Positions 55,660 to 64,000 of a stretch of 64,000 nucleotides of DNA are shown here, in pieces. Numbering within the stretch: position 1 is the first letter of the stretch; each line of letters begins with the position of its first letter. Origin of the DNA: Methanoregulaceae archaeon (lineage in GTDB: Archaea > Halobacteriota > Methanomicrobia > Methanomicrobiales > Methanospirillaceae); assembly GCA_039683275.1 (NCBI GenBank), contig JBDKRP010000130.1, positions 839 through 64,838 of the forward strand, written 5' to 3'. Made by a program: the position numbers and the translations under genes. A model generated the notes under the pieces. It was not told the DNA's origin, searched no databases, and saw only the letters and a list, made by a program, of their open reading frames with translations.

Positions 55660-56028
55660 ATGGTAAAGATATTCGATACGCTTCTCGGCAGGAATACCGG
55701 CACCGGGGAAGATGAATATATGGATCTCGATCTCGAGTCCTACGAAGAGCCCGGTGTGAATGCTCCCGCACTTCTTGTTAAGATTGCGACCCTGGGCGAC
55801 CTCAAGGACACCCCCCGGGTCAAGGATGAGGTCTACAACGGAAATATCGTCATAGTAGACATCTCCCGGCTCAAGATGGACAAGATCTCCTATGAGCGCG
55901 CCTTAAAGGATCTCAAGGAGGTCGCAAAGGACGTGAACGGGGATATCATCGGCCTCGGCGACCAGCGGTATGTTGTCCTCACCCCGATGTCCGTCAAGAT
56001 CTCCCGGGACAAGATCGGTGGAGCGTAA
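55660..56028 (+). CDS. sepF: Archaeal SepF-like cell division protein
   Basis: 122 aa with an acidic N-terminal region followed by ...VYNGNIVIVDISRLKMDK...DIIGLGDQRYVVLTP. An AT-rich TATA-like ATTAAATAAAA lies about 25 nt upstream, so the transcript may be leaderless. Confidence 0.8.
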   Translation: MVKIFDTLLGRNTGTGEDEYMDLDLESYEEPGVNAPALLVKIATLGDLKDTPRVKDEVYNGNIVIVDISRLKMDKISYERALKDLKEVAKDVNGDIIGLGDQRYVVLTPMSVKISRDKIGGA

Positions 56029-56571
56029 GTGCGACAGGTCGTTCCGGGTCCCTGCCCTACCTGCGGACGTGAAATAGAATACTGTTACCAGACTGAGAAT
56101 ATTCCCTATTTTTCCGATATCCTGATTATCAGTGCGATGTGCCCGGATTGCGGGTTTCGTTTCGCGGATACCCAGATGCTGAAGCGGGAGCCTCCCGCCC
56201 GGTACGAGTTTGCAGTCACGGGAGGAGAGGATCTCTCGGTTCGGGTCATGCGGAGCATGCAGGCCTCGATTGAGATCCCTGAGCTGGGCGTCCGGATCGA
56301 TCCCGGGCCCAAGTGCGACGGGTTTGTCTCGAACGTTGAGGGCGTCCTCGACCGGGTTGACGGGGTCCTGGAGAGTGTGCTTCTCTGGGCAGATGACGAT
56401 GAGGAGCGCCGGAATGCGATAGCCCTCAAAGAGAAGATCGCTCTAGCAAAGACCGGGAAGTTCCCATTCACGCTCATCATCGAAGATCCGACCGGGAATT
56501 CAGCCGTTGTCTCGGACCGGGCAGTGAAGTCCTCCTACGAAGTCCCACCAGAAGATTCGCGGAGGGATTAA
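56029..56571 (+). CDS. ZPR1-type zinc-finger protein
   Basis: 180 aa with a GTG start directly after the sepF stop. CPTCG...CPDCG zinc ribbon plus the ZPR1 beta-domain. Confidence 0.8.
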   Translation: MRQVVPGPCPTCGREIEYCYQTENIPYFSDILIISAMCPDCGFRFADTQMLKREPPARYEFAVTGGEDLSVRVMRSMQASIEIPELGVRIDPGPKCDGFVSNVEGVLDRVDGVLESVLLWADDDEERRNAIALKEKIALAKTGKFPFTLIIEDPTGNSAVVSDRAVKSSYEVPPEDSRRD

Positions 56572-56740
56572 ACGACCTTTGCGATTGGCCGATCAACACT
56601 CTGATGGGGATCAAACTATCTGAACTTTTTTCCAACTTTCGGAAATTTATATCATTAGATTCGTGATGAGCGTCCTGGATCTGCCACAAGAATTTAACCG
56701 GGGATTCAGGATATTCCCCGACAGAAAAAAAGATTTTAAA

Positions 56741-57733
56741 TTAATGAATCGCCATATCCCTCAGCCAGACCCCGGCCTCCGGAACAATCTCCCCGACAAC
56801 CTTCGCATCGGGAACGATACTCCGTAGGGTAGTGAGACTCTTCTCCGGGACCACGTACGCAAATCCCATTCCCATATTGAAAGTCCGGTACATCTCGTTA
56901 TCAGAAATCTTCGCCGACTCCTGCATCCACCGGAAGATTGCCGGGGGTGTAAGGGGATCGGTGAACTTAAACCCGTACTTCGTGAGCCGGGTGAAATTCA
57001 GGAGGCCGCCGCCCGTGATATGGCACATCCCGTGCACCTCGCAGGATGCTGCGACCTCCAGGCTCTCGTGGTAGATCCGGGTCGGAGTGAGGAGTTCGCG
57101 TCCCAGGGTCTTCCCGCTGGCGAGTTTCTGGTCGTATCCCCCGTGCTCCCCGGCTACCTTCCTTGCCAGGGAGAGTCCGTTCGAGTGGATACCGGTCGAG
57201 GGCACACCCACGATCTTGTCGCCGGACCGGATGGTCTCCCCGGTCACGACCTTGTCCTTCTGCTGGACTCCCATACAGGTCCCGGCCAAGTCGAGCCCGT
57301 TCACAAGGCCCTTGAGGGTTGCGGTTTCTCCGCCCACGATCTCGATGTTGGACTGCCGTGCACCCTCGTTGAGACCGATCCCGAGCTGGGCCATCTTCTC
57401 CTTCGAGATGCTGTCGGTTGCGATGTAGTCCACAAACGCGATGGGCTCGATGTTCATCACGTAGAGATCGTTCACGTTCATCGCGATGCAGTCTATCCCG
57501 ACCGTGCTCCAGTCCTGAAGGTGGTCTGCGACCAGCATCTTCGTCCCGACGCCGTCGACCGTCATTGCAAGGGCGAGCGGCCCGAAATCGATCAGGCCGG
57601 CAAAGTGCCCGACCTGACCGAGCATCCGGTAGTTCCCCTGCCTGCGGTAGGTCAGGTTTTTAATGAGCCCCTTTATCGCGGTCGCTTCCAGATCGATATC
57701 GACCCCTGCTGCCTGGTATGAATTACTGCCCAT
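56741..57733 (-). CDS. purM: Phosphoribosylformylglycinamidine cyclo-ligase (AIR synthase)
   Basis: 330 aa with YQAAGVDID, DGVGTK and HITGGGL motifs. It overlaps the lysC 3' end by 11 nt. Confidence 0.95.
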   Translation of the reverse strand: MGSNSYQAAGVDIDLEATAIKGLIKNLTYRRQGNYRMLGQVGHFAGLIDFGPLALAMTVDGVGTKMLVADHLQDWSTVGIDCIAMNVNDLYVMNIEPIAFVDYIATDSISKEKMAQLGIGLNEGARQSNIEIVGGETATLKGLVNGLDLAGTCMGVQQKDKVVTGETIRSGDKIVGVPSTGIHSNGLSLARKVAGEHGGYDQKLASGKTLGRELLTPTRIYHESLEVAASCEVHGMCHITGGGLLNFTRLTKYGFKFTDPLTPPAIFRWMQESAKISDNEMYRTFNMGMGFAYVVPEKSLTTLRSIVPDAKVVGEIVPEAGVWLRDMAIH

Positions 57734-59126
57734 GCGATTCCTCCGAGAGCCGGAACTCGTCGTGGAGCACCTTGATGGCCCGTGGGCCGTCCTCCTGCCT
57801 GACCACGAACGAGATGTTCACTTCCGACGACCCCTGCGATATCATCATCACGTTGACTCCCGCTTTCCCGAGCGCTGTGAAGATACGTCCACCGGTTCCC
57901 GGGGCTCCTGCCATACCGGCCCCGATAACCGCGACTGCGGCAACTTCCCGGTTATGCGAGACATCCCGTACCATTCCCTGCTTCACAAGATCCGAGAGGG
58001 CGTTGACCGCAACTTCCAGGTGACCTTCATCAATGATGAGCGAGATGTTCGCCTCGCTCGATCCCTGCGATATCATCATCACGTTGACATCGTGGTCGGC
58101 AAGCGTGGAAAAAATCGCTTTTGCAACACCCGGGCGTCCGATCATCTGGGCGCCGCAAATGTTGATAGCCGCGACTTTGTCGATATAGGTGAGCGCTTTT
58201 ACCACCCGGTCGTCCCGGTGGGCACCCCGGATGATACAGGTCCCCGGATGGGAGGGATTGAAGGTGTTTTGCACCCTGACAAGGATATCCTTCCGCATAG
58301 CGGGCTCAATCGACCGGGGATGCATCACCTTTGCACCGAAATACGAGAGCTCCATTACTTCCAGGTACGAGACGGAGGGAAGAACCCGGGCATTCCCGAT
58401 GAGCCGGGGATCGGTCGTCATGATCCCGTCCACATCGGTCCAGATCCAGATCTCATCCGCATCGATACCGGCGCCAACAATTGCTGCAGAGTAATCCGAA
58501 CCGCTCCGGCCAAGGGTAGTCACGATGCCTTCCCCCGTGCAGCCCATGAACCCCATGATCACCGGGATCTTCTCGGAAAGGTACGGGGAGACCCGGGCCT
58601 TGATCCGTGCGTCGCTTGCAGGGAGGGCATTTGCCTCGCCGTGCTGGCCGGTGGTCAGGATCCCCGCCTCGCACCCGTCCATCACTACCGACGGGATGCC
58701 CCGCTGCCGGAGGGCTGCCCCGACAATGGGTGCAAGAAGCCGCTCCCCATACGAGATGATGAAATCGCGGGACCGGGGGGTTAGTTCCCGCAGGCTGTGG
58801 ATCGCGTTCAGGATGCTCCGGAGTTCGGCGAGTCTCATCTCAATGACCGGGGCGACCTCTGCCACGTAATCGGGAGCCGCACCTTCGAGCGTTTTCATGT
58901 GCCGTTCCCTGAATGAGGAGGTAAGCGGGTCGATAGTGGTGAGGTCCCGGGTCCGTACAAGGGACTCGGAAACCTCGATCAGCTTGTCGGTTACGCCACG
59001 CTGGGCAGAGACAACGACAGCAAGCTCGTTCCCCCCGTTCCGGTAATGCTCCAGGATGTCGACCACCCGGCCGATGCACTGGGCATCGGCGACGGATGTG
59101 CCGCCGAATTTCATCAAAAACCTCAT
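57723..59126 (-). CDS. lysC: Aspartate kinase with tandem ACT domains
   Basis: 467 aa with MKFGGTSV and a duplicated ACT region (...NVMMISQGSSE... twice). An alternative start at 59114 has a better SD. Confidence 0.9.
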   Translation of the reverse strand: MRFLMKFGGTSVADAQCIGRVVDILEHYRNGGNELAVVVSAQRGVTDKLIEVSESLVRTRDLTTIDPLTSSFRERHMKTLEGAAPDYVAEVAPVIEMRLAELRSILNAIHSLRELTPRSRDFIISYGERLLAPIVGAALRQRGIPSVVMDGCEAGILTTGQHGEANALPASDARIKARVSPYLSEKIPVIMGFMGCTGEGIVTTLGRSGSDYSAAIVGAGIDADEIWIWTDVDGIMTTDPRLIGNARVLPSVSYLEVMELSYFGAKVMHPRSIEPAMRKDILVRVQNTFNPSHPGTCIIRGAHRDDRVVKALTYIDKVAAINICGAQMIGRPGVAKAIFSTLADHDVNVMMISQGSSEANISLIIDEGHLEVAVNALSDLVKQGMVRDVSHNREVAAVAVIGAGMAGAPGTGGRIFTALGKAGVNVMMISQGSSEVNISFVVRQEDGPRAIKVLHDEFRLSEESHGQ

Positions 59127-59188
59127 TTCAGGCTCACTCTGCGGTATCAGTTATTTATGTAACGTTAGAACGCACAAATAATAATACA

Positions 59189-60814
59189 ATGCGTGCAGTG
59201 GAAGTCGTGGATTGCCACGTTCTGGTGATCGGGAGCGGCGGTGCCGGTGTCCGGGCCGCGATTGAAGCATCGGGATACGGAGACACCATCCTTATCTCAA
59301 AAACCATCGCCGGAAAAGGCGGCTGCACGCCAATGGCCGAGGGTGGACTCAACGCGGTTCTCCGGGAGGAAGACTCCTGTGAGATCCATTTCGAGGACAC
59401 CATGAAGGGGGGAGCCCATCTCAACGATCCGGATCTCGTCCGGGTCCTCGTCCGTGACGCTCCCAAACGGATGGAAGACCTGATCCGGTGGGGTGCGGTC
59501 TTCGATTTCACTGATAAGGACCAGATCGCCCAGCGTCCGTTCGGAGGCCAACGGTTCCCCCGGACCTGTTACGCCGGGGACCGGACCGGCCACGAGATCA
59601 TGACAACCCTGATGGAACAGCTCCGTGCCTCCTCCGTCTCGATCATGCAGGAAACGACCGCAATCGAACTCCTCAAAGACGGGAACGCGATCTGCGGGGC
59701 AATTGTCCTGGACCGTGACGGGGAAATGTCAGTAATAAAGGCGGACAGCACCATTATCGCCACCGGGGGAGGGACCCGGATCTATGATATCTCCACCAAC
59801 TCTTCGAGCGGTACCGGTGACGGATATGCCCTCGGGTACCGTGCCGGAGCAGACCTCATCGATATGGAGATGATCCAGTTCCACCCGACGGGAGCCGTAT
59901 TCCCGTATGATGCACGCGGCCGTCTGGTCACGGAAGCGGTCCGGGGCGAAGGCGGCATCCTGACCAACACACTTGGGGAGCGGTTCATGAAGAGCTACGA
60001 TCCCGAGCGGATGGAACTTTCGACCCGTGACGTGGTAGCGAGGGCAATAGCGACCGAAGTCCTTGAAGGAAGGGGAACCGATCACAACGGGGTCTATCTC
60101 GACGTCTCCCATCTCCCGAAAGAGCAGATCGAGACCCGTCTTCCCGTGATGCTGGAACAATTCCTCAAGTACGGTGTAGACATACGCAAGCAGCCGATGG
60201 AAGTTGCACCCACCGCCCATCATATTATGGGCGGGCTCCGGATAACGACCGAATGCCGGACCACCCTGCCCGGTCTGTTTGCCTGCGGGGAATCGGCAGG
60301 AGGCGTCCACGGGGCAAACCGGCTCGGCGGGAATGCCCTTGCCGAAACCCAGGTCTTCGGGAAGATTGCCGGGGAGACGGCGGGAAAAGAGCCGAAACGG
60401 ACAACCTGTATCGATGAGAAACTGGTCGAATCACAGCGCCGCAGGCTTGGCGGGTTCCTGAAAGGTACCGTAAACCCTGCCGAAGTCGCCCACCGGCTGC
60501 AGAAAGCGATGTGGGACGGGGCCGGAATCTTCCGGAATGCTGCCGACCTTGAAACAACCCTCAATACTGCGAACAAACTTCTCTTTGAGAAGCTCCACGC
60601 AGATTCCCAGCGGATGGTGTCCGAGTGCTGCACGGTCCAGAACATGTGTACCACCGCCCTCCTTGTCTGCCGGGGGGCTATCCTGCGCAGGGAGTCCCGG
60701 GGAGCACATGTCAGGATCGATGTCCAGCAGACCTGGAATTCCCTGACGACACCGTACCGGCACTCCTATCTCTCCCGTACACGGGAGGGAATCGAGAAGG
60801 TGATGCCGCAATGA
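59189..60814 (+). CDS. tfrA: Thiol:fumarate reductase subunit A (fumarate reductase/succinate dehydrogenase flavoprotein family)
   Basis: ORF trimmed to MRAVEVVDCHVLVIGSGGAG (FAD fold). The QFHPTG and catalytic HxMGG motifs are present. Confidence 0.85.
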   Translation: MRAVEVVDCHVLVIGSGGAGVRAAIEASGYGDTILISKTIAGKGGCTPMAEGGLNAVLREEDSCEIHFEDTMKGGAHLNDPDLVRVLVRDAPKRMEDLIRWGAVFDFTDKDQIAQRPFGGQRFPRTCYAGDRTGHEIMTTLMEQLRASSVSIMQETTAIELLKDGNAICGAIVLDRDGEMSVIKADSTIIATGGGTRIYDISTNSSSGTGDGYALGYRAGADLIDMEMIQFHPTGAVFPYDARGRLVTEAVRGEGGILTNTLGERFMKSYDPERMELSTRDVVARAIATEVLEGRGTDHNGVYLDVSHLPKEQIETRLPVMLEQFLKYGVDIRKQPMEVAPTAHHIMGGLRITTECRTTLPGLFACGESAGGVHGANRLGGNALAETQVFGKIAGETAGKEPKRTTCIDEKLVESQRRRLGGFLKGTVNPAEVAHRLQKAMWDGAGIFRNAADLETTLNTANKLLFEKLHADSQRMVSECCTVQNMCTTALLVCRGAILRRESRGAHVRIDVQQTWNSLTTPYRHSYLSRTREGIEKVMPQ

Positions 60815-62286
60815 AGACAATCACTATCCGGGTATCCCGGTTCGATCCCGGGAAAGACACGAAGCCCCATCTCGAATCCTATACAGTCCGGCTGCACAAC
60901 GGAGCCCGGGTCCTCCATGCCCTGCACGCAATCCACGATACTCAGGATCCAACACTCGCGTACCGGTACTGCTGTGCCTCCGGCCAGTGCGGAAGCTGCG
61001 CAGTCCGGGTGAACGGAGAACCCGGTCTTGCCTGCATGGAAGAGGCGAGGACCGGTATCGTTGTCGAGCCGCTCCGGCTCCCGGTCATCCGCGACCTTGT
61101 CGTAGACCTCGGCCCGTTCCTCAAAAATATTGCGGCCCTGCTCCCGAAAACCGATCTGGTCATGCCGAAGAAGGCCGAGATTGAGACCATCAAACCTCTC
61201 AGGAGCTGTATCGAGTGCCTTGCCTGCGTCTCGGTCTGCCCGGCGATGGATGTCACCGAGTTTGCAGGACCGACTGCCATGCGGCAGGAGATGCGTCTCG
61301 CACTCGATCCCAGGGACAGCAGGGACCGGGTCCGCGAATCGGTCGGGACCGGCCTTTTCACCTGCACTTCCTGCCAGGCCTGCTGGAAAGTATGCCCGAA
61401 GAATATCGAGATCCCGTCGAAAGCGATTGAGAAACTCCGGGCCCTGGCAAACCGGGAGGGGCTCAGCCTGCCACGGCATACGGAAGTTGCGGCCCTCATC
61501 CGTTCGACCGGCCGGAGCGTTACCCGTACGGAACCGACCTTCATGGAGATTCTGGACAAGACCGAAGTAGAACCGGTTGGGGAGCTCCGGGCTGAGATCG
61601 GGTTCTTCGTGGGCTGCATGTACAACATGCGCCTCCCGAAGACTGCAATTGATGCAATAGAAGTCCTTTCCCGGAACGGGTTCCGGGTCATTATCCCCCG
61701 GGAGCAGATCTGCTGCGGATCGCCCCTGATACGGACCGGCCAGCTGGATCATATCGAACTCATGAAACGCAGGAACATCGAGGCGTTCAAGTTTCGGGGC
61801 ATCGATACGGTCGTCACCATGTGTGCCGGTTGCGGGTCTACCCTGAAAAACGATTACAAGACACCGTTCACAGTGATGGATATCTCAGAGCTCCTGGTGA
61901 AGTACGGGATCGAGCAGCCGGCGCGTCTCCCGATCACCGCGACCTACCACGATCCCTGCCACCTGCTCCGTGGCCAGGGTATACGGGAGCAGCCCCGGAC
62001 CCTTGCCCGTCAGGTCGTTGACTTGACCGAGATGCCGGCCTGGTGCTGCGGATCGGGCGGAGGGGTACGGTCCGGGATCCCTGAGGAGGCAGCGGCCCTT
62101 GGGGAGAAGCGACGGGAAGAGATCCGGAAGACCGGGGCGGATGTGGTTATTTCCTCCTGCCCGTTCTGCGAGTTCCATATAAGCGGCCATTCGGATAAAC
62201 CAGTCAAGAATATCACGACCATTCTTGCCGAGGGATACCGGGAGAAGGACCGGAAGAAAGCCTGCGCAGAAAAACCGGTTTCATGA
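60811..62286 (+). CDS. tfrB: Thiol:fumarate reductase subunit B (Fe-S subunit fused to HdrD-like CCG domains)
   Basis: ORF trimmed to MKTITIRVSRF.... It has the Cys clusters CASGQCGSC, CIECLACVSVCP and CTSCQACWKVCP, plus two CCG motifs (QICCGSP, WCCGSGGG). ATGA overlap with tfrA. Confidence 0.85.
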   Translation: MKTITIRVSRFDPGKDTKPHLESYTVRLHNGARVLHALHAIHDTQDPTLAYRYCCASGQCGSCAVRVNGEPGLACMEEARTGIVVEPLRLPVIRDLVVDLGPFLKNIAALLPKTDLVMPKKAEIETIKPLRSCIECLACVSVCPAMDVTEFAGPTAMRQEMRLALDPRDSRDRVRESVGTGLFTCTSCQACWKVCPKNIEIPSKAIEKLRALANREGLSLPRHTEVAALIRSTGRSVTRTEPTFMEILDKTEVEPVGELRAEIGFFVGCMYNMRLPKTAIDAIEVLSRNGFRVIIPREQICCGSPLIRTGQLDHIELMKRRNIEAFKFRGIDTVVTMCAGCGSTLKNDYKTPFTVMDISELLVKYGIEQPARLPITATYHDPCHLLRGQGIREQPRTLARQVVDLTEMPAWCCGSGGGVRSGIPEEAAALGEKRREEIRKTGADVVISSCPFCEFHISGHSDKPVKNITTILAEGYREKDRKKACAEKPVS

Positions 62287-62337
62287 GCAGGGAATCATGG
62301 GGGGCGACCCCATATATTTCCCGGAGTATCTCGGCCT

Positions 62338-62350
62338 GATTTTTTGATTT
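62338..62350 (+). terminator. Oligo-T tract downstream of tfrB
   Basis: GATTTTTTGATTT lies about 50 nt after the stop. Archaeal terminators are typically oligo-T runs. Confidence 0.3.
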
Positions 62351-62472
62351 GGTACCATTTCAGATGGTGATCCTCTGGACTCACACCGGATTCATGAATC
62401 TTTTATTGCAGTAAATTCCTGAGGGCCGTTTTCCGGGTTTCCTCAGAACCTGAATAATCCTGAAGGAATACC

Positions 62473-63732
62473 TTACATGCGGATTGACGGTTCGGGGGCA
62501 AGTACAGGAGATAACTGGGATTGCAGCCGTTTCAGCGTCTCTTCCCGCGACTGGATCTCTTTCGCGATATCATCGAGGGATACCGTGATATCATTGCGGG
62601 AACCATTAGGGGACCCATACGAAGACTGGAGAATTCCCATCAGTTTCTTCTCTACTTCTACGCGGCGGGTCAGCCGGGCATATTCGCATACAACGTCCCG
62701 TTCAAAACCAGCCCTGCTCGCTTTGCGGACGTCACGATCGATCAGTTCTCTTCGCATCAGCACATATTCAATGGCGCTGTAGAGTTCCCGCGGTTTTACA
62801 GGTTTCAGGATATAATCCTCGATACAAACACCGTATCGTTTTGCATCCGCAGGTGTGGGCTGCATTGCGGTGAGCATCAGGACCGGTATTTTCCTCAGGT
62901 CCGGATCTTTTTTGATCTCTTCCAGGGTACTCCACCCGTCCAGCGGGTACATCATGATGTCCAAGAGGATGAGATCCGGACGCCGCTTCCGGGTTTTCAG
63001 GATATCCAGGCACTCTTCCCCGCTTCGTGCCGGAATGGTGAGATATCCTTTCTGGGTGAGGAGAAGCGAGAAGAGCTCTACGATGTCTTTCTCATCATCG
63101 ACAATAAGTATCTGGACCGGCCTTTTCCGCAGGAATGCCGCATAATACCCGATTCCTGCAAGGGAAATTACCGCAATTCCCGCGATGACAAGGATTTGCC
63201 CGGGAATCAGCGCCGGAGCGGATGAACCCGGGAGCTGGAGCGTCATAATATCCGGATCCTCTGGATACTGTTTCTGGAATTCAAGGATCGCCGAAGAAAG
63301 ATCTATTGAGGCAAGAGACACGCCGGAACCGACATCCATGAGATCAACATACCGCAGGTCCGGGGTATATGGTACAATAAGGCTAAACACTCCCTCTTCA
63401 GAATACTCCATGTAGCCAGCCAGGGATCGGCCGGTATCAGGTCCGCTATTCAGAGGAGCATCCCCTGTCTGGGTCCTTGGATCCCGAATAGAGAACTCCT
63501 GAATAGGATTTTTCTGACTATCCCGTAGAGTCCCGGTAATTGTGCCGGATTGAAGGTTGAGGTTTGGGGCAGTCCCATACCGGATTTCGGAGGAGAGTTC
63601 CTTCGTGACGCCGTGATCATAGGCAATGGTAATTATGACTACCTTCTGGTACGGAGTATCCAAGGCCGCAGTTGCCGGATAGAGGAGTAATGCAAGACAG
63701 ACAAGGATGCCAGCCACGAGTTTCAGCCGCAT
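62473..63732 (-). CDS. Membrane-anchored response-regulator receiver protein (signal peptide + extracytoplasmic domain + TM + REC + coiled coil)
   Basis: ORF trimmed to MRLKLVAGILVCLALLLYPATA, preceded by the strong SD GGAGGTGGAG. It has a TM (ILVIAGIAVISLAGIGYYAAFL). The REC domain keeps the DD pair (ILIVDDE), phospho-acceptor Asp (LILLDIMM), Thr (MLTA) and Lys (ILKP). Confidence 0.8.
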   Translation of the reverse strand: MRLKLVAGILVCLALLLYPATAALDTPYQKVVIITIAYDHGVTKELSSEIRYGTAPNLNLQSGTITGTLRDSQKNPIQEFSIRDPRTQTGDAPLNSGPDTGRSLAGYMEYSEEGVFSLIVPYTPDLRYVDLMDVGSGVSLASIDLSSAILEFQKQYPEDPDIMTLQLPGSSAPALIPGQILVIAGIAVISLAGIGYYAAFLRKRPVQILIVDDEKDIVELFSLLLTQKGYLTIPARSGEECLDILKTRKRRPDLILLDIMMYPLDGWSTLEEIKKDPDLRKIPVLMLTAMQPTPADAKRYGVCIEDYILKPVKPRELYSAIEYVLMRRELIDRDVRKASRAGFERDVVCEYARLTRRVEVEKKLMGILQSSYGSPNGSRNDITVSLDDIAKEIQSREETLKRLQSQLSPVLAPEPSIRM

Positions 63733-63760
63733 TTCTCCACCTCCCGTATACAACGTAGTG

Positions 63761-64000
63761 TCATATTTTGTCCAATATATTTACTATTCGTTTTGTTGAC
63801 GCATTGCCGAATTTCCCGGAATATCCGTTGTGCATGATATCCGGATCCATATCCCATCGCCAGAAATTTTTGTAGGCAACCGGGTTATCCTGGGCGATCT
63901 GCCGGCACGCATCGGGATTCCATCCATTCAATCGTGCACTCGCTTTGCAATTCTCCTCAGAACTCCAGACATTGGGATCCGGGTCGTTCTCTGCGTAATA
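63761..64000 (-). CDS. Hypothetical protein, C-terminal 79 codons only (5' part beyond the window end)
   Basis: My own translation of the minus strand gives ...YYAENDPDPNVWSSEENCKASARLNGWNPDACRQIAQDNPVAYKNFWRWDMDPDIMHNGYSGKFGNASTKRIVNILDKI*. It is open to the window edge and its stop lies 28 nt upstream of the REC gene start. Confidence 0.4.
   Translation of the reverse strand, partial: YYAENDPDPNVWSSEENCKASARLNGWNPDACRQIAQDNPVAYKNFWRWDMDPDIMHNGYSGKFGNASTKRIVNILDKI

Noticed and set aside
56572-56740. TTTATAT element (about 56646) between convergent ZPR1 and purM genes as a possible promoter of an unannotated transcript
   Set aside because: There is no downstream ORF in either direction. The region is better explained as an AT/T-rich bidirectional terminator zone, with T6 on the plus strand near 56625 and T7 on the minus strand near 56728.
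57663-58784. 373-aa plus-strand ORF opposite lysC
   Set aside because: It is antisense to aspartate kinase, so it is a shadow ORF.
60766-61752. 328-aa minus-strand ORF opposite tfrB
   Set aside because: It is antisense to a gene with multiple Fe-S and CCG motifs.

Overview
This 64-kb window is chromosomal DNA from a GC-rich euryarchaeal methanogen. The gene content looks Methanomicrobiales-like: an A1AO ATP synthase operon, thermosome, LonB, the L37e-LSm pair, archaeal SepF, thiol:fumarate reductase TfrAB and an initiator-type tRNA-Met. Coding density is high. I support about 70 CDS, 2 tRNAs and a few promoter or repeat elements. I recognised no rRNA, CRISPR array, transposase or integrase.

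Layout:
- 1-5.4 kb: atpHIKECFA on the minus strand.
- 5.7-11.8 kb: an orphan FlaI/FlaJ-like type-IV-filament ATPase and platform pair. Two small genes lie downstream, and a KaiC/FlaH-like ATPase pair is transcribed divergently, one member with a degenerate Walker A.
- 11.9-16.7 kb: a tightly coupled LonB-TldD-PmbA-BofA-like operon.
- 17-20.9 kb: housekeeping genes (prs, Nob1, PyrE-like regulator, thermosome, tRNA-Ser).
- 21-37.5 kb: an accessory-looking block with GNAT, isochorismatase-family hydrolases, MFS exporter, flavoprotein, orphan sensor kinase, transglutaminase-like protein and SRAP.
- 37.7-45.8 kb: two ABC-2 exporters, a large surface protein, a cupredoxin lipoprotein and an Isf-like flavoprotein.
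- 45.8-52.9 kb: VIT1, Lhr-like helicase, hydrolase, Na+/solute symporter with a micro-ORF, PCD, thioredoxin and tRNA-Met.
- 52.9-62.3 kb: housekeeping genes (purF, L37e, LSm, PUA, sepF, ZPR1, purM, lysC, tfrAB).
- 62.5-64 kb: a membrane-anchored receiver-domain protein.

The best candidate for an undescribed system bounds the accessory block. It is a two-gene cassette present twice in inverted orientation (21044-22264 and 35966-37421). Each copy encodes a secreted PPC-like protein followed 3-4 nt later by a membrane-tethered double winged-helix regulator. Both copies share an upstream motif at the same offset and identical first 18 coding nucleotides. All functional calls rest on reading the translated ORFs. 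No database search was possible.
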